Source: Entomortierella parvispora E1425 (lineage: Eukaryota; Fungi; Mortierellomycota). From it: DNA of 64,000 nucleotides. Shown one piece after another: positions 1 to 12,777 of the stretch. Under the pieces are notes generated by a model. It saw nothing but the letters and a program-made list of their open reading frames with translations, ran no database searches and was not told the origin of the DNA. The DNA lies in assembly GCA_020891255.1 (NCBI GenBank), contig BQFW01000002.1:806001-870000 (forward strand), given 5' to 3'. The translations under genes were made by a program, and so were the position numbers. Each line of letters opens with the position of its first letter. The stretch's first letter is position 1.

Positions 1-1672
1 CCAAGAACATGAGACCCTTGTTCATAGAGTCGTGGTTCTGCTTCTCCTGAGCCAATCCAGATTCGATCACACCCTGGATCAACAATGCCGTATCCCAAAG
101 TTGAGAACCGTTGGTACCGTTCATCATCATACCCTCGCTCGACATCCTGCGAACAAAAAGAGAGGAAGAGTCACAGTTATTATCAGGTGATTCAGCTTGC
201 GGATGAAATTCAGGGGGCTTCTTCTGACATCCTGCCTTACCACATAAAGTCAATGTTGTTTTTGGCATGCATCTTGAAAGCGTCCGAGTCAGGACCCTCC
301 TCGTAAAAGACAGACAACATGTTCATCATCTTGTTGACAGGACCAATGTCCAGATAGTGCGTGTTCTCATCCTCGTACTTGACCTGGGCATAGGCAGCCC
401 TCAAGGCCTGGGTGCGGATCAAAGTCCTGGACGTGATCTTTTCGATACCGACCAAACCTCCGTTCAAAAAGTTCAAGAGACGGGTATGAGGGTAGTATTC
501 ATCGGCTTTGCAAATGTTGTTTCTCTGCTGGTGCCAAGGGATCGAGTCGTAAGACTGGGTATACAATTCCTCACGCAATTGACGGGTCAGATCGTCCAGT
601 GGTGCTGTGGCCTGACGGCCGTAGAGGTAACTCATGGGAATGTACACGTTACGGGTGTGGCACCAGTAACGGGCTGGGTGGATGGGGAGGAAATGAGGCA
701 ACAACCAGAGCTCTGGGGGCACAGGGTTCATGCCCTCCCAGTCATACACGCCCAAGGTCGCCATCCAGAACTTGCCCCAGGAAGGTGATCCAGTAGCGCC
801 ACCTGCATTGAAATAAATTGACGTTCGAGTCAGTCAAAGTGTCTAACGGGGAAAGGAAGGGAAAAAAAAGACAACAGCGAAATGTGGACGTTACCGAGCT
901 TGTGAAGAGTTCCGCGAGCCTTGACACAGACGGGGTGCTCAGCATCGACACCCAAGAGACGAAGGGCAACATAGTTGAGGGCCGTTCCAAAGACGGTCGA
1001 GTGTCCCTCGATGTGCCTAATGAAATGGAGAAATGTGCTCAACACAAATATTAAGAACGGATTCAGGAAAAGAAAGTCAAACCGAGTTCCTGTAGAAGAG
1101 TCTCCGTTCGACTTACAATCCCCAGCCGCCATCGTCCTTGTGGGCACGGTTGAACAGGTACTGAATGATCTCCTGGCCCCACCCCTCGGGCATCTTGGCC
1201 TTTGTGATATAGTAGGTAATGACAAGACCAGGCAACAAGAACATGGGTCCACCATATTCTCCTGACCAAAAGCCCTCCTCGTTCTGAAGACGCTTAAAAA
1301 ACTCGAATCCGTTTCTGGCAGACTCGAGCGCCGTCTTGGCCTTTGGTAGTTGTGGAGCATCCTGAGAGTGTTTTCAAACAAAAGGGGGGGATGATGGGTA
1401 AGTTCAACGTTTGGTTTGGTCCATGGATCCGATGATTCGAATTAAAAGTACGGAATCGATCAAATATCATTTTTCACATGAAAAAGTGTCCCACTGCAAA
1501 GGAGCGTTACCAAGGGAAGACCGAGCCAGTACTTTTCAATGTCAGTCTGGGGGTTGGCCTTGTGCTCTTGTTCGCTCAGGTAGTGCCAGGTCTGTCGGCC
1601 TTCGTCGGCTCTCAGTCGCCAGCGGGTCCTGTCCGTTGGGAGATGGGTTGTTTTGATGGCAGAGCCAGGCAT
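1..1672 (-). CDS. ERG7: Oxidosqualene cyclase / lanosterol synthase, 5' part (spliced; continues past the window's left edge)
   Basis: ATG at 1672 (MPGSAIKTT...[16 protein letters not shown]). Spliced exons give [79 protein letters not shown] and [12 protein letters not shown], all typical OSC motifs. GT-AG introns, e.g. donor gtaacg at 1510. Confidence 0.95.
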
Positions 1673-2271
1673 TGCAGAAGGAAATGAGGACAAAAGCGAA
1701 AAGGAGAGGGAGAGGGATACAAAGACGAGTACGGTCGGTACGAGAGTGAAGGAATGAAACCAAGGAAGGACTGAAGAGTGGAGAATGCGAGAGATGAATG
1801 GACTGATGAATGAATGAATGAACAAAGAGAAGGAACAGAAAGAAAGGAGACAGAGTGCCACCAATTTATAGAATTCATAGGACCTAATTAGAGTGGCCTG
1901 ATTTTTTGGGTTCCCACTGGTGGAGGTCGGATGTTCGCTCTCTGGAGGACACAGGCCACCCGAACCTGTTTATGTCGTCGGTTGTGTTTGTTTGTTTGTT
2001 TGTTTGTTTGTCTGTCTGTGCGACGTGCAGTGCATGTACTCCTCGGCTTACTGCCTTGTTCAAGGTCAACGCGATGGATCCGATCTGTTCTACAGAGCAG
2101 AGCAGTGAGTAGCTCAGGTGTTTGGTTGCTTGCTCTTTTATTCTTGTCTATCAAAGCACTTTTCTTTTTTTTTTTTATGTTTGTCGTGTTTTCTTACTCA
2201 AGGGTGGTGAAAGGGGGAAAAAGGATAAGGATGGATCGTTACATAGGTTGGCTGTTTGCCAATGGGATTAA

Positions 2272-4841
2272 TTACACAGAGGGGTTAGGTGGCGACTCGG
2301 GGGAGGACGCCGCAGGGGGGGGAGGGTGCGACTGGGGGTCGTCCGTCGTGGGTGCAGAGGTGCTTCCATTGACGTATTTCTCATCTTGCTCTGTGGCCTC
2401 AGTACCCAACAGCTCATGGAGTTTATCTTGGAAGGGGCGCTTGCCCAAAAGACGTTCCATGTCGGCTCGGTTCAGAACCTCCTTCTCCATCAACAACTTG
2501 GCCACCTTCTCAACGTCACTCTTCTTCTCCGTCAAAAGTTCTGTCGTCTTGCGGAATGCTTGACCAATCAAGGATCGCACTTGGTTATCGATCAACTGGC
2601 CAGTCTGCTCACTGTAGGGCTTGGTGAACTGATTCTCCTTCTCAGGGTTGCCATATGAAAGTGGGCCGAGTTCAGAATCCATACCGTACGTGGCAACTAA
2701 TAGAAAGCAAGAATGAGATGTCAGGTCATGTTTTTTTTCTCTCCGCGACAGCCTTCTCTAGAAACATTGGAAACATCGAGAGTCAACACCAACATTGCAA
2801 GATCCATACCTTGGGCATATGCCATTTTGGTCACCTTCTGGAGATCGTCCTGCGCTCCAGTGGTAATGATGCCAAAGAAAATGTGTTCAGACACACGACC
2901 ACCCAAAGTCATGCACATGCGGTCCATCAGCTGATGGGTCGAGTACAGGTACTGGTCCTTGGGCAAGTACTGAGCGTAACCGAGAGCGCCGACGCCACGG
3001 GGAATAATCGAAACCTTGAGCAAAGGATCAGCGTGCTCCAAGTACCATCCGGCAACGGCGTGTCCAGCCTCGTGATAAGCAACAGTCTTCTTCTCTTCAG
3101 GCGACAGAACCTTGGACTTCTTTTCCAAACCAACAATCACACGTTCGATCGCAGCCTCGAAATCTGCCTCCACCACAGTTTCCTGGTTGTGTCTGGCAGC
3201 GATCAGCGCAGCCTCGTTACAGACATTGTGAATATCGGCTCCAGAAAATCCAGGAGTAAGTGCCGCCAATTTCTGGGCTAGCTTGGGGATATCCTCATCC
3301 GTCTTGATGGGTCTCAAATGCACCTTGAAAATGTCACCTCGGCCCTTAATGTCAGGTCTGTCAATGGCAATGTGACGATCGAAACGTCCGGGACGCATCA
3401 AAGCATCATCCAAAACATCGGGTCTGTTGGTTCCTGCAAGAACGACGACGTGCTCATTGGATCCGAAACCGTCCATCTCGACCAAAAGCTGATTCAAAGT
3501 GCTCTCACGCTCGTCGTTGCCTCCAAACTGACCGCCCTTTCCACGAGCCTTTCCGATGGCATCAATCTCGTCCACGAAAATGATGCAGGGTGCATGCTTC
3601 TTGGCGCTCGCAAACAGATCACGAACACGAGAGGCTCCCACACCGACAAACATCTCCACAAACTCGGATCCAGATACGCTCAAGAAGGGAACACCAGCCT
3701 CTCCTGCTGTGGCCTTGGCCAGCAAAGTCTTTCCTGTACCGGGAGGACCGCTCAGAATAGCACCCTTGGGGATCTTGGCGCCCAGCTTTTCATACGCGGC
3801 AGGGTTCTTCAAGAACTTGACAAACTCCATGATCTCAAGCTTTGCCTCGTCCATTCCAGCAACATCCTTGAATTTCACTGTAATGTCGGTTTCCTGATTG
3901 AACATCTTGGCCTTGGACTTGCCCACGCCAAAGATGCCCTGTCCAGCTCCTCCACCGCCCTTCTTGGCCATGTACACAAGCACACCGACCAACAGCAGCG
4001 TGGGCGCAAAGTGAAGCAGGGTGCCCAAGACATTGACCTCATCTCTATAAGAGACGGGGATACGCTCCGATCCAGGGATACCGAGCTCAGTTTGGGCCTC
4101 TTCCAGCTTGCGCTCAAAAGCCTCCACAGATCCAATACTGAAAACATAGGCGGTTCCGTGCTGCGTTCCCAAGTTGCCGTTCATATGTCCTGAGGCATCG
4201 CCACGCAGGTAAACCTTCACCCTGTTCCTGTTCAAGACAACAAGGCGATCCACGAGTCCTCGGTCAAGGAAAGTGGAACGGAATTCCTGCCAAGTGATCT
4301 CGCGAGTGTTCTCTGCTGGTGACATGGCCTTGTAGAGCACATAGGATGTGAAGGCCAAGGGCAAGATCGTGTTGGCGTTCATCTTCATCGAGTAGAACTG
4401 ATTCTCTGGAGGGGGGATAGGCTTGCGGTGGGGAGGGCGATGGCTATTGCTACTGCTATTCTGACCGCTGTTGCGGCTTCCGCTATTGCTGCTGTTGTTA
4501 TTGTTATTGTTGCTGCTGCTGTTGTTGTTGTTGCTGGTGTTGCTATTGCTGCTGGTGTTCTTGTTGGTGCCACTGCTTCCGGATTTGGGAGGCTGTCCCG
4601 ATCCTGCGCTCTCTGTCTTCTTGGCAGCGTCGCGCACCATCTTTCCGAAAAAGTTTTCAAAGCCCTTGGGGATGTTCTCGGGCTTGTTCCCCTGGCCGTC
4701 TGGCTTGGACAAGGGCTGTTTGTCTGTGCTGTAGAACCGGGTGTGGATCCGGCCCTCCCGCAAGAGACCGGATCTGGACTGGCCTGCAAGGCGGGGCAGG
4801 GCCGTGCATTTCCTGGTTGCCCGTGATATGAAGGCGCTCAT
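2272..4841 (-). CDS. AFG3: Mitochondrial m-AAA metalloprotease subunit (AFG3/YTA12 family), 2 exons
   Basis: Likely ATG at 4841 ([11 protein letters not shown], presequence-like). Walker A GPPGTGKT, Walker [31 protein letters not shown] and zinc motif HEAGH. Intron 2809-2698 joins AYAQ to [14 protein letters not shown]3 and YTA12 cannot be distinguished by eye. Confidence 0.93.
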
Positions 4842-5058
4842 GTAAGAATGAGGACTGGTGATTGAGAAGAGGAGAAGGATGTGTCTGGAATGCAAATGAA
4901 GTGACCAATGGGGATGCCATCTTCAGAAAACGCTCGTGTCCTGTTCCAGGCAGAGAATGCCCGGGACAGCACGTGCGACCTCGCTGGCTACCTTGACGTG
5001 TTTTCTTAGGATAAAATTGGTGGCAATTGATATTTATTATTACCGGGCGTTTTTATCC

Positions 5059-7766
5059 CTAGTCCGAATCAGAGTCTGAGCCCGAAGAACCGCTGTCCGA
5101 GCCAGAGCTGGAGTCCGTGTCAGAGTCGGAATCAGAGTCTGAGTCCGAGTCTGAGCTCTCGTCGTCTTGCTGTTGGGCCATAATCGTCTTGGGTGCGTTC
5201 TGTCGTCAAAGAAAGAGATAAACATGGCATGTTTAGAATCCATTCAACAAATTATCACTCATCTGATACCTTCCACAAGTCGACATTTGCGCTAGTGGGT
5301 GCTTACCTTCAAGTGCTCACGAAGATCCGTTGTCAAGGCACCAAGACCAATACTCGTGAAAAAGTTGATGGCAAAACGTGTGTTCTTGGGGTTATCCTTG
5401 GGGAACAGACCCTCAAACCACTCTGCGCAATAAGGATCCTTGACGCGCTCATTCAACTTCTTCAGGCCAAGAGACTCGACCAAGTCCTGGAACAAAATTT
5501 TGATAAAAATACGGGAACTGCTGGTCGTCTCCTCCTCGTTTAAATGAATAGCCCTGAGCACACTCCAGTCGAGACCATCTGTGGACATGAGATGGCCAAA
5601 GTACTTTGCGACGTTTCTCAGAGGATTCGTCTCCAGGCGGTGAATGGTTTCGTAGTTGGTGACGAAACACTCCTGGAAAGCCTCTGCCCAGCCACGGTTG
5701 ATCTTCGAGAATCGCTCGCCCACCAGTCCGTAAAACTTTTCGTATGTTCGTTCCTGAGAGCAACACTCAATGACCATGTTGCACAGTTCAATCTAGGTCA
5801 AGAAAGATCGAGTCAATATCGTGCCTCACACTTGTGTGCTAATAAAATGAAATATAAACGCCACAGTCATAGTTACCTGTTGTCCATCCTCCAGATGGAT
5901 AAGCAGCAGTTTGTGACAACATTCCTCAAAGTTGAGCGAACTCTTGATAGTCAAGTAAATAGTCTTGCGCAGGTTCACAAGGTTGGTGTTGGTTCTATCC
6001 TGAATCTCCATCTTCTTTTGCAAGGCCTCTCGGCTTTCTTCCTCGTCTTCCTCGTCTTCGTCCGAATCATCCGATCCTGACTCTCCTGAATCCGACTCTT
6101 CGCCAAGAATTTCTGCCCTGATTTCTTTATACTTTTCTTCGTTTTCCAGATAGTCGGGGTCATATTTGAAGACACCTAGAATTGACAAGGTCGGAGAACA
6201 TTATACAGTCAGTCATCCATTCCTGGCAAAGAAAATCTGAGGAATAGCTGGGCCAGTGGCTTACCCAATCCTTCCTGAACATCCAGATCCTCTTCGTCCA
6301 ACTCGATGGCATGTGTGATTTGCTCATCATTTTCGACAAGGTCCAACTCGGGCGCAATTGGCGGGTTATCCTTGTACTTGTCCTTTCTGATTTGGAAGAG
6401 AACCTCGATCATATATTGTGTACGCTTCTCAATCTTGCCTTCGTGCAAAATGTTACGAAGTCGTTCAAAAACACCCTCGTTTGCAAGGGAAGCCTCCTGA
6501 GAAAGGAACGATCCAACCTCCTTCATAAGTCCAACTGCGATTTCAATCGAGTCCTCGGTAGGCTGTCCAAGAAGCAAGAGCAGAATCTTCAAAACGAGAA
6601 TCTCTTGTGTGACCCATTGGTTCGTGAGATGGGCAATAAAGGTCGTTGTCGCAAGACAAATAGTCTTGTCGTTTCGCTTGTAGGCTTTCCTGAACTGAAC
6701 GATCAACCGAGTAATCAGAAGCTCTCCAACTTGGGGCAGCTTGGTATTGATGACCGCCACAACTGCAGCATAGACAGGTGTGAAGGGCATCGAAGCCGCT
6801 TGTGCCTTCATAATCGATCTGCAGAATAATCCTCGGCCACGGACCAAGTTCTCGCCAAACAGCTCAGGCAAAATGGCCTTGATGTTGGAGGCCGTAACCT
6901 ACAGCGAGGGAGGAGCAATGTCTTCATGTCAGCATATACACCACAAGTATCCAATGCAGGTACAAGTTAAAACACCCTCAGTGGCATCCTTGAATTACCT
7001 TGTTAATAAGACCGTTGATACTCTTCTTCAATGCCTCCCATGCCATCCTCTGGTATTCCTTTGAGCTCTTGTCAGTGATCTGCTCCTGCATCATGCGCAG
7101 ACGAGCTGGTGGAATATAAACACCTCCGGTACGTGTTGTAGTCATCATCGCCTTCATCTCCTCCTTGGGATCCTGTGCTGGCCTTGGTGCCTCTGGCACA
7201 CGCTCCTCCATCTGTCGCTCGCGCTCTCTGCGACGAGCAGCATCGACATCATAAGTGACTTGATTTCTGGGTGGAGAGTCCCTCCTTCTTCCATTCCGGC
7301 CATTGTGTCGTTCCCTGGAATATCTGCGGCTCCTGTCCGTGGATCTGTCTCTGGAATCTCTACGCCTCCTATCTCTGGATCCAGATCTGTCCCTGGAGTC
7401 CCTGCGGCTCTTTCGAACATGCTTGTCAGTCGAGCGATCGCCTCTGCGTTCTGAACGGTCTGGCGATTGTTCGGGCGTGTATGCCTTTCTTTTGTTGGAT
7501 CGCTTGGGTGAACGCGATCGGGATCTAGAGCGAGAAGGCGAGCGGGAGGGGGACCTGGAGGGCGAGCGAGATCTGCTCATAGATCTTGAGCTAGATCTAT
7601 TCAATGTGCAATGAACAAGGGTAGGGTGGCGCGGTGAATACGATGTTGCATGATCGACTTCTTCACCCTGACCCGATGGACTTCTCGAGTCATCAAGTCT
7701 GAATACACACCTGCGGTGTCTGGCGTCCATTTCGTCAGCCTTGACAATGACGCTTTGGACTTCCAT
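5059..7766 (-). CDS. CWC22: Pre-mRNA splicing factor CWC22 (RS-rich N-terminus, MIF4G + MA3 domains, SD-repeat tail), multi-exon
   Basis: [93 protein letters not shown] and [21 protein letters not shown]. Last exon reads [21 protein letters not shown]... to TAG at 5059-5061. Confidence 0.95.
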
Positions 7767-8662
7767 GGCGATGGGTTGAGGGGGATGTGATGGTGATGAA
7801 TGGAAAAGAAAGGCTGCAGGCATCAAGTGGCATGAGCACAAGTATCGGCTGGCACATTGGCCTCCATAATTACGTCACTGCAAAAAAATTATCGCGAGTG
7901 TTGCGGAGCGCATTGACTATCTCCCTCTCACTGCACTCTTTTTTTTGTTCTTCCTAGAAAATCATCACCGACAAAACCTCGCTCTGGTTTTGATTGCCAA
8001 TGGAGGGAGTTCAATCCAAGTGCATTCTCTGTCATAATTGACAGAGTCAAAGAGAGTAACGTCACTTCAACCTGGTCTAAAACACCAAAATTGACACACA
8101 GTCTCGCAGGTACCGTTCCTGTGGATGACATTTCCCACTGGAGCATCTTTGGTTTCAACATCGCTTCATCCAGAAACCTAGGTCCCTGTTTCTGAACGTA
8201 CAATGCAGAGATACACGAAGCCACAAAAAACAGGACCTTGTTATACCCCAGAAACTCGACCTTTTTTCTTCTTTCACCTTCAGCCCTTCTACTTATCACT
8301 CCATCCGAAAGGACCCCAAGACTAGGAGGTCTCGTTCTCTATCCGTGAGGACAGTGCGTCCAAGCAACCCACAATCTCTGTTCATTCGCCTCAAGATGGC
8401 ACCACCATGACTCTGTCCAAGGCCCTTTTCTTAACATCTCGGTCGAACGTCAAGAGGAATCCGCCCAAGTTGCCGAGAACCCTCTGCCAAAGAACGCTAG
8501 CAAGGATTTCGTAGCCATTGCTACCAAAAGACCAGCCGAGGAGCCTCTTGAATCGAGCGCATCGGCTCCTTTTCATGTTATTATGAAGGACTACTTTGGC
8601 CGAGTCACTAAAAAAAATGATACTCGCAATTTTATTCTTGACTACGCGTTTTCTACGGGCTC

Positions 8663-11600
8663 TCAGGTGCGGACACGCGGTTTGTTCTAACCAGGCCAGA
8701 GACATCATAAATAAGAAGACAAGGTCAGCATTCTCTTCTTCCTCCACACTCGATATCTTCATCATAGCAAGAACAATAAATAAATAAAAAAACTTACGAA
8801 GCATCCGCGACAAAAAGCCTCGCCTTCCCCTTTGGTCAGTGCGCTCGAGTCCAAAACTTTCTTGCAGTCCTTGCAATTCAAACATCTCTTGTGCCACTTG
8901 TCGCCCTTGGGTCCAGGCACTTGATCAAAGACTCCGACCGGTTGCTGGCATCGAGGACAGGTGGTGGTGCCTCCAAACTTCGGCAAGGGTCGTGTTCGAG
9001 TGCTGAAGAGCGACGTAAGTACTGGAGGGGTCGATCGAATCGCCAGAGGAGAGGCCATCATTTGCACAGGGGATGCCACTCCAGCTCCAGCTCCAGACTC
9101 TACACCATGGACACTGCTCTCCCTCAGATCATGACCAGCAGAGTACGAGGGGGAACCAGGTGATCGCATAGGTGAGGATCCTCCATTCAATGGAGAACCA
9201 TACCCGGAACCGGATCGAGAAAGATCTCCAGAGGAGCCCGCCATCATTCCACCAGCTGGGCCAGAGGGATCAAGAGGCACAGCCATGGGTGGGACAGGGA
9301 AATGATCCGCTGCCCTGGCCACAGGTACAATCTTGGGTCGACGGTCTCTCTCATCACAGCACTGTCCACACTCGACTCGGCCGTCGACATCGTAAAATGG
9401 TGTCGCGCTGTTGAGTACTTTGTCACACTGCTGGCATGTAAAGCATTGAGGGTGGTAGTTCAATCCTGCTACACGCACCCAGCGGTTGCCTGTCACCTTG
9501 TTGCATCGCTGGCACTTGGTCACAACGCCGGCTGAGCTCGGAATGGAGGGTGCCAATGGAACACACTATTGTGAAATAACAATAAAATAAAGAGACACAT
9601 GGTTAGACGGTCAAAACTCTTTCAATGTATCAATACCCAGTGCCTTGAAATGCTTACGGCAGGATGGTATGGGCGACCATTCACTACGTGGAACTGAGAT
9701 TCTGTAAAGACTTGCTTGCAGCCATTGCACAAGAAACAACCAATATGGAATTTGACTCCACCCTGGAGCATCACTCCATTTTCAGTCACCATTTCGTGGC
9801 ACTTGTGGCAATGACCGTCAGGAACGACGCCTGCTCGTCGCTGGGAAGGAACCACATCCTCCTCGGTCAAAATGTCGTCCCCTGGGAGACTGATGGCTTC
9901 ACCAACAGTGTTGGACCGTTGTCGTCCATGTCTGAACAGAGACGAGTTGGATCGGTTTGGCTCTGCTTCTAAGGCTGGTGCCTTTGACTCCCTGCTCTCC
10001 TGAGAAGCCAGGTCGTACTTTGTGGAGCCTTTCTTCTCGTCTTGGATCGCGGATGATACTGCAGCGACTCTAGATGTGACTGGACTGCTACCATAGTAAT
10101 GACTTGTTGGTCGAGCTGGAGGCGGAGAGGATGAATGGTTCTGCGCCTGATTCAACAATGCCTCTGTTCGAGCGCGGACCAAACCAGCCGATGATATTCC
10201 AACGGACGATCGTGAGCGCGCCCGGGCCCCAACTGGTCTATCCACAGGTGGAGGTGCGCTGGGGGCAGCTACTGGCTTCGCCGTAGAAACGGATAAGACT
10301 GACGTTCTCTTGACCAGATCCGCCGTATCGACCAACGAGTTGGATGAGGACGATTTAGAATAGCGACCCGTGCTGCCAACCAATGAGCTATTGGAGGTAC
10401 CAGAGCGCTGAATTCCATGGATTTCCTCCTCGTTGTACGGTACCGTAAATCGAGCTGGGGATCGAGTTGGCTCAAACAAAGGGGTGGTCGACCTATCGCG
10501 TGGAGGAGTCCCAGGCAATGGGCGGCCCAATGGCTGGATCAAAGTCGACTCTTCAAGCTCCTCTTCTATATAGCTTTCTTCCTCTCCTGCTGTTTCCGAT
10601 TTGATTTCATCCGGATGATGTTCTTTCTCCTCTGGATGATCTTCTTCCTGGTCAAGCTCCTTCTCTTCTTCCTGAAAATCCTGTCTAGCGGGTGCAGGGG
10701 ACTCTGCTCTAGAGCTGGGGTAAGAGTGAATCGACAATGCAGAGCTTGGTCTTCGGAAGGAATGGATTGAGCTCTCAGCCAAAGGGCTTTGCAAGGCTCC
10801 CGAAGTCGATCCTGCACTGGTTGCGATCAATGAGGGAACTTTAGGATCGACGGGTTTGCGTCCCAAGCTTGAGTAAGTTGAGGAAGTGCCGCTAGTGTAC
10901 CCGCTTGAAGCTGTAGGTCTGAACGATGTCGAGAGTGAAGACTGGCTCGAGTTGCTTTGAGCGGATAGAGGCGAGTTTCCAAAATTAGAGCCATGGTCTT
11001 CAGTAAGATCCAGTGGCGAAAAGTTAATCTGTAGCTTTGCAGGGGGATCTGCAGACAAGAAACGATGATTGTCAGCAGAGCCAGACTCGTTTGAAACAGA
11101 AGAATGAAGGGAAGATGTGGGTGCTGGTGAGGGTGAGCTGGCAAGAGATCGGTCGAGTGGTGTAGACGTGTGGCTGAATGTAGACATCGATGGGCTTGGT
11201 CTGGCGGCCAGCGGACTCTGCTCGGATCCTGCCTGTGCCATCAGACAATCCTCACAACAAGGTCTTCCCTTCAGATCTACCATGGGTCGCGTGGACATGT
11301 CGATGCGACATTTGTAGCAAGTAAAACAGGCCTAGGTGAATAAAAACAACATGGGTGGGTCAATAACTTTGCGTAAGCCCATTCCCCTCGTGGGACGACC
11401 TTGGCATATTGGGTGCTTACTGTGTGCCACGATCGCTTGTTGTGGGTAATGTACACATCGGTCTTGGACATCACAGGCTTGAAGCATGACGGACAGACAC
11501 CCTTTGTGAACTTCTCCGTGTAGCATTTTTCGCAGTAAATGATCGTCGGCTTCCCTGGTTCGACATAGACCTTGGCCTGTGGGATAGAATCAGAGGTATC

Positions 11601-12777
11601 AGTCAGTCCGATAGCTGGAATCCGATCTAGTCCATCCCGTTGGTCAGCTCTGAAAGGGTCTTACCTGGTGAATGGGCTTGCTGCATCCGTTGCATTGCTT
11701 CTGGATGACAAGTGGGGGAGGCTTGTTCAGGGGTGATACAGGAGTAGCAGGCATGGACATGCGCTTATTAGGTTTGGAGATGCCTCCTTCAAGGATATTT
11801 TGGTACCTATTGTATTTTGGAGAGGTGCAGAGAGTTGAATCAGGTTAGTCAGTCGTGCACTTGCTTCGGCAGAGGTGGACAAGAAGGCAGGTCTTCTGCA
11901 AAAAGCTATTCTTGCTATTCTTGTAATAACATGATCGGCCACTTGACCATACATCTCTTTTGCGCGAGCATTTCAGCCCTTTGACGTCCCCCCCTGTTCA
12001 CCTTCGATCTCTCCAGGGGAGGACGGACCACGCAAAGACTGTGCACCCTTTTCCTCAGCCCCTTGCACTTTGCTGATAGCACCCTTCTCTTCCATGTCCG
12101 ATCCCGATGAGAGTGGCCATCATTATCCATGACGGTCGACAGTAGAACCCTTTTGTCTCCTTTGGTCAAAATGCAAACACGGACAAGAGGAAGCACAGTC
12201 GACAACCACCCACATCTCCTTTTTTTTAGACGCAATGTTGAATGTCACGCCTTGGGGGCAAGCCGCGTGATCGGTTGTTGTCCCTGGAGTCTATTCATCT
12301 GTCCTCTTGTCTGTGCTCGTCCCTATCCTGTCGGGCCATGCCCATGTTGTCGCTTCGTCGCTTATTCATCCAAGAGTCCTCTTTTGATCCATGAGACTCA
12401 GGAAGAGACTCATGCCTGGAGAACAAAAAAAAAAAAAAAAAAAAAAAAACGCAGAAAAGACTTACGCGCTGATCCAGGGGTCGTTCCTGGATCCAGTGGA
12501 TGCAAGTCCGCTGGTGACAGACACTAGAAATAAAAAAAAACCAGTTCAGTCATGGACGCGTCTTCTTCATACATGCTACAGAGAGGAATGAGGAATGGAC
12601 TTGTTTTCTTCTGACAATGCATGAGTTCACCCCTGCATTGCGCTTTGAGAGACAAGAAAAGCAAAAGGCAGAAAAGGTAAAAAAAAAAAGAGGCTACAAC
12701 ATACTGACAGAGCGTCCGCCACACTTGAGGCAGTTGGCACCATGGACAAGATCACCACATCGATGACAGAATCCCAT
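8663..12777 (-). CDS. Multi-LIM-domain protein with an N-terminal C4 zinc ribbon and a central Ser/Pro-rich disordered region
   Basis: Exons 12777-12705 (MGFCHRCGDLVHGANCLKCGGRSV) and 12523-12466 splice in phase to the exon starting at 11806. LIM patterns: CPSCFKPV..WHT.CFTCYKC..CCEDC; CHKCHEMV..FHIGCFLCNGC..YHPAC; CQRCNKV..YHPQCFTCQQC..ECGQC; KFGGTTTCPRC..WHKRCLNCKDC..FCRGCF. Final mini-exon NKPRVRT ends at TGA 8663-8665. Confidence 0.88.

Noticed and set aside
3318-4193. Long antisense ORFs (also 29550-30506, 47449-48531, 44408-44992)
   Set aside because: Shadow frames of well-supported genes on the opposite strand, with no protein motifs.
8346-8690. ~114-codon plus-strand open frame with KDYFGR, faintly like the Ctf18 C-terminus
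   Set aside because: No early start codon, no in-phase upstream exon found, and it overlaps the last LIM exon antisense.
11858-11877. CACTTGCTTCGGCAGAGGTG resembles the U6 snRNA 5' stem-loop with a cUUCGg tetraloop
   Set aside because: The downstream U6 core (ACAGAGAAGATTAGC) is absent, and the site lies in LIM intron 2 next to its branch point on the opposite strand.
12416-12465. Apparent 50-nt intron to an alternative acceptor that would create a truncated LIM isoform
   Set aside because: The interval has no internal adenosine to serve as a branch point.
12469-12514. Two overlapping hairpins (ATCCAGG/CCTGGAT and CCAGTGGA/TCCGCTGG)
   Set aside because: They coincide with coding micro-exon 2 of the LIM gene and are short enough to arise by chance.
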